Under the pieces are notes generated by a model. The model saw only the letters and a program-made list of their open reading frames with translations, was not told the origin of the DNA and searched no databases. DNA of 63,350 nt, filler included, from Octopus bimaculoides (Eukaryota): the NCBI RefSeq assembly GCF_001194135.2. It is 4 parts of 4 records of this genome, joined end to end, with 100 filler letters (N's around TTAATTAATTAA, not from the genome) between each part and the next. Parts side by side here need not be neighbours in the genome. Positions count along the whole stretch, not along the records: positions 59,657 to 63,350 come from NC_068983.1; 3 more parts are not named here. One strand, 5' to 3'. The position numbers and the translations under genes were made by a program. How positions within the stretch are numbered: position 1 is the first letter of the stretch; each line of letters opens with the position of its first letter. Shown here one piece after another: positions 63,112 through 63,350 of this stretch.

Positions 63112-63350
63112 AGGCGAGCTGGCAGAAACGTTAGCACGCCGGGCGAAATGCTTAGCGGTATTTCGTCTGCCGCTACGCTCTGAGTTCAAATTTCGCCGAG
63201 GTCGATTTAGCCTTTCATTCTTTCGGGGTCGATTAAATAAGTACTACTTAATCCCTTTGTCTGTCCTTGTTTGTCCCCTCTGTGTTTAGCCCCTTATGGG
63301 CAATAAAGAAATAAGAAACATTAAGACGTCAAGGCGAGCTGGCAGAAACG
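63112..63350 (+). mobile_element. SINE family A, start of a 220-bp tandem duplication
   Basis: 63094-63130 is identical to 63314-63350. Confidence 0.85.

Noticed and set aside
1-63350. CRISPR arrays, rRNA genes, prokaryotic operons
   Set aside because: No repeat-spacer array or rRNA similarity was seen; the sequence is eukaryotic intron-rich DNA.

Overview
AT-rich, microsatellite- and SINE-dense animal genomic DNA with many N gaps. The SINE families and repeat landscape suggest an octopus/cephalopod short-read draft assembly (inference). Nearly all long ORFs in the supplied track are artefacts of N runs or simple repeats. Best-supported genic content: (i) three 111-bp phase-1/phase-1 EGF exons on + (60637-60747, 61601-61711, 62733-62843); (ii) a + strand signal-peptide exon (35412-35509) that may start the same gene; (iii) a phase-consistent chain of five candidate exons of an unrecognised - strand gene (22676 down to 545); (iv) a 5'-truncated U6 snRNA copy (62993-63080) in an EGF-gene intron. 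Mobile DNA includes two degenerate mariner elements, a DD37D (maT-type) element with TIRs and TA TSD, R4-, RTE- and CR1-like LINE tails, hAT- and pogo/Tigger-like MITEs, and at least four SINE families. The most unusual signals are a 193-bp hairpin made of two inverted, decayed type-I hammerhead ribozyme motifs (34098-34290) and further minimal hammerhead-like motifs elsewhere in the window. Three 44N-TTAATTAATTAA-44N blocks are artificial scaffold joins, so order and distance across them are uncertain. All splice and homology calls were made by eye.
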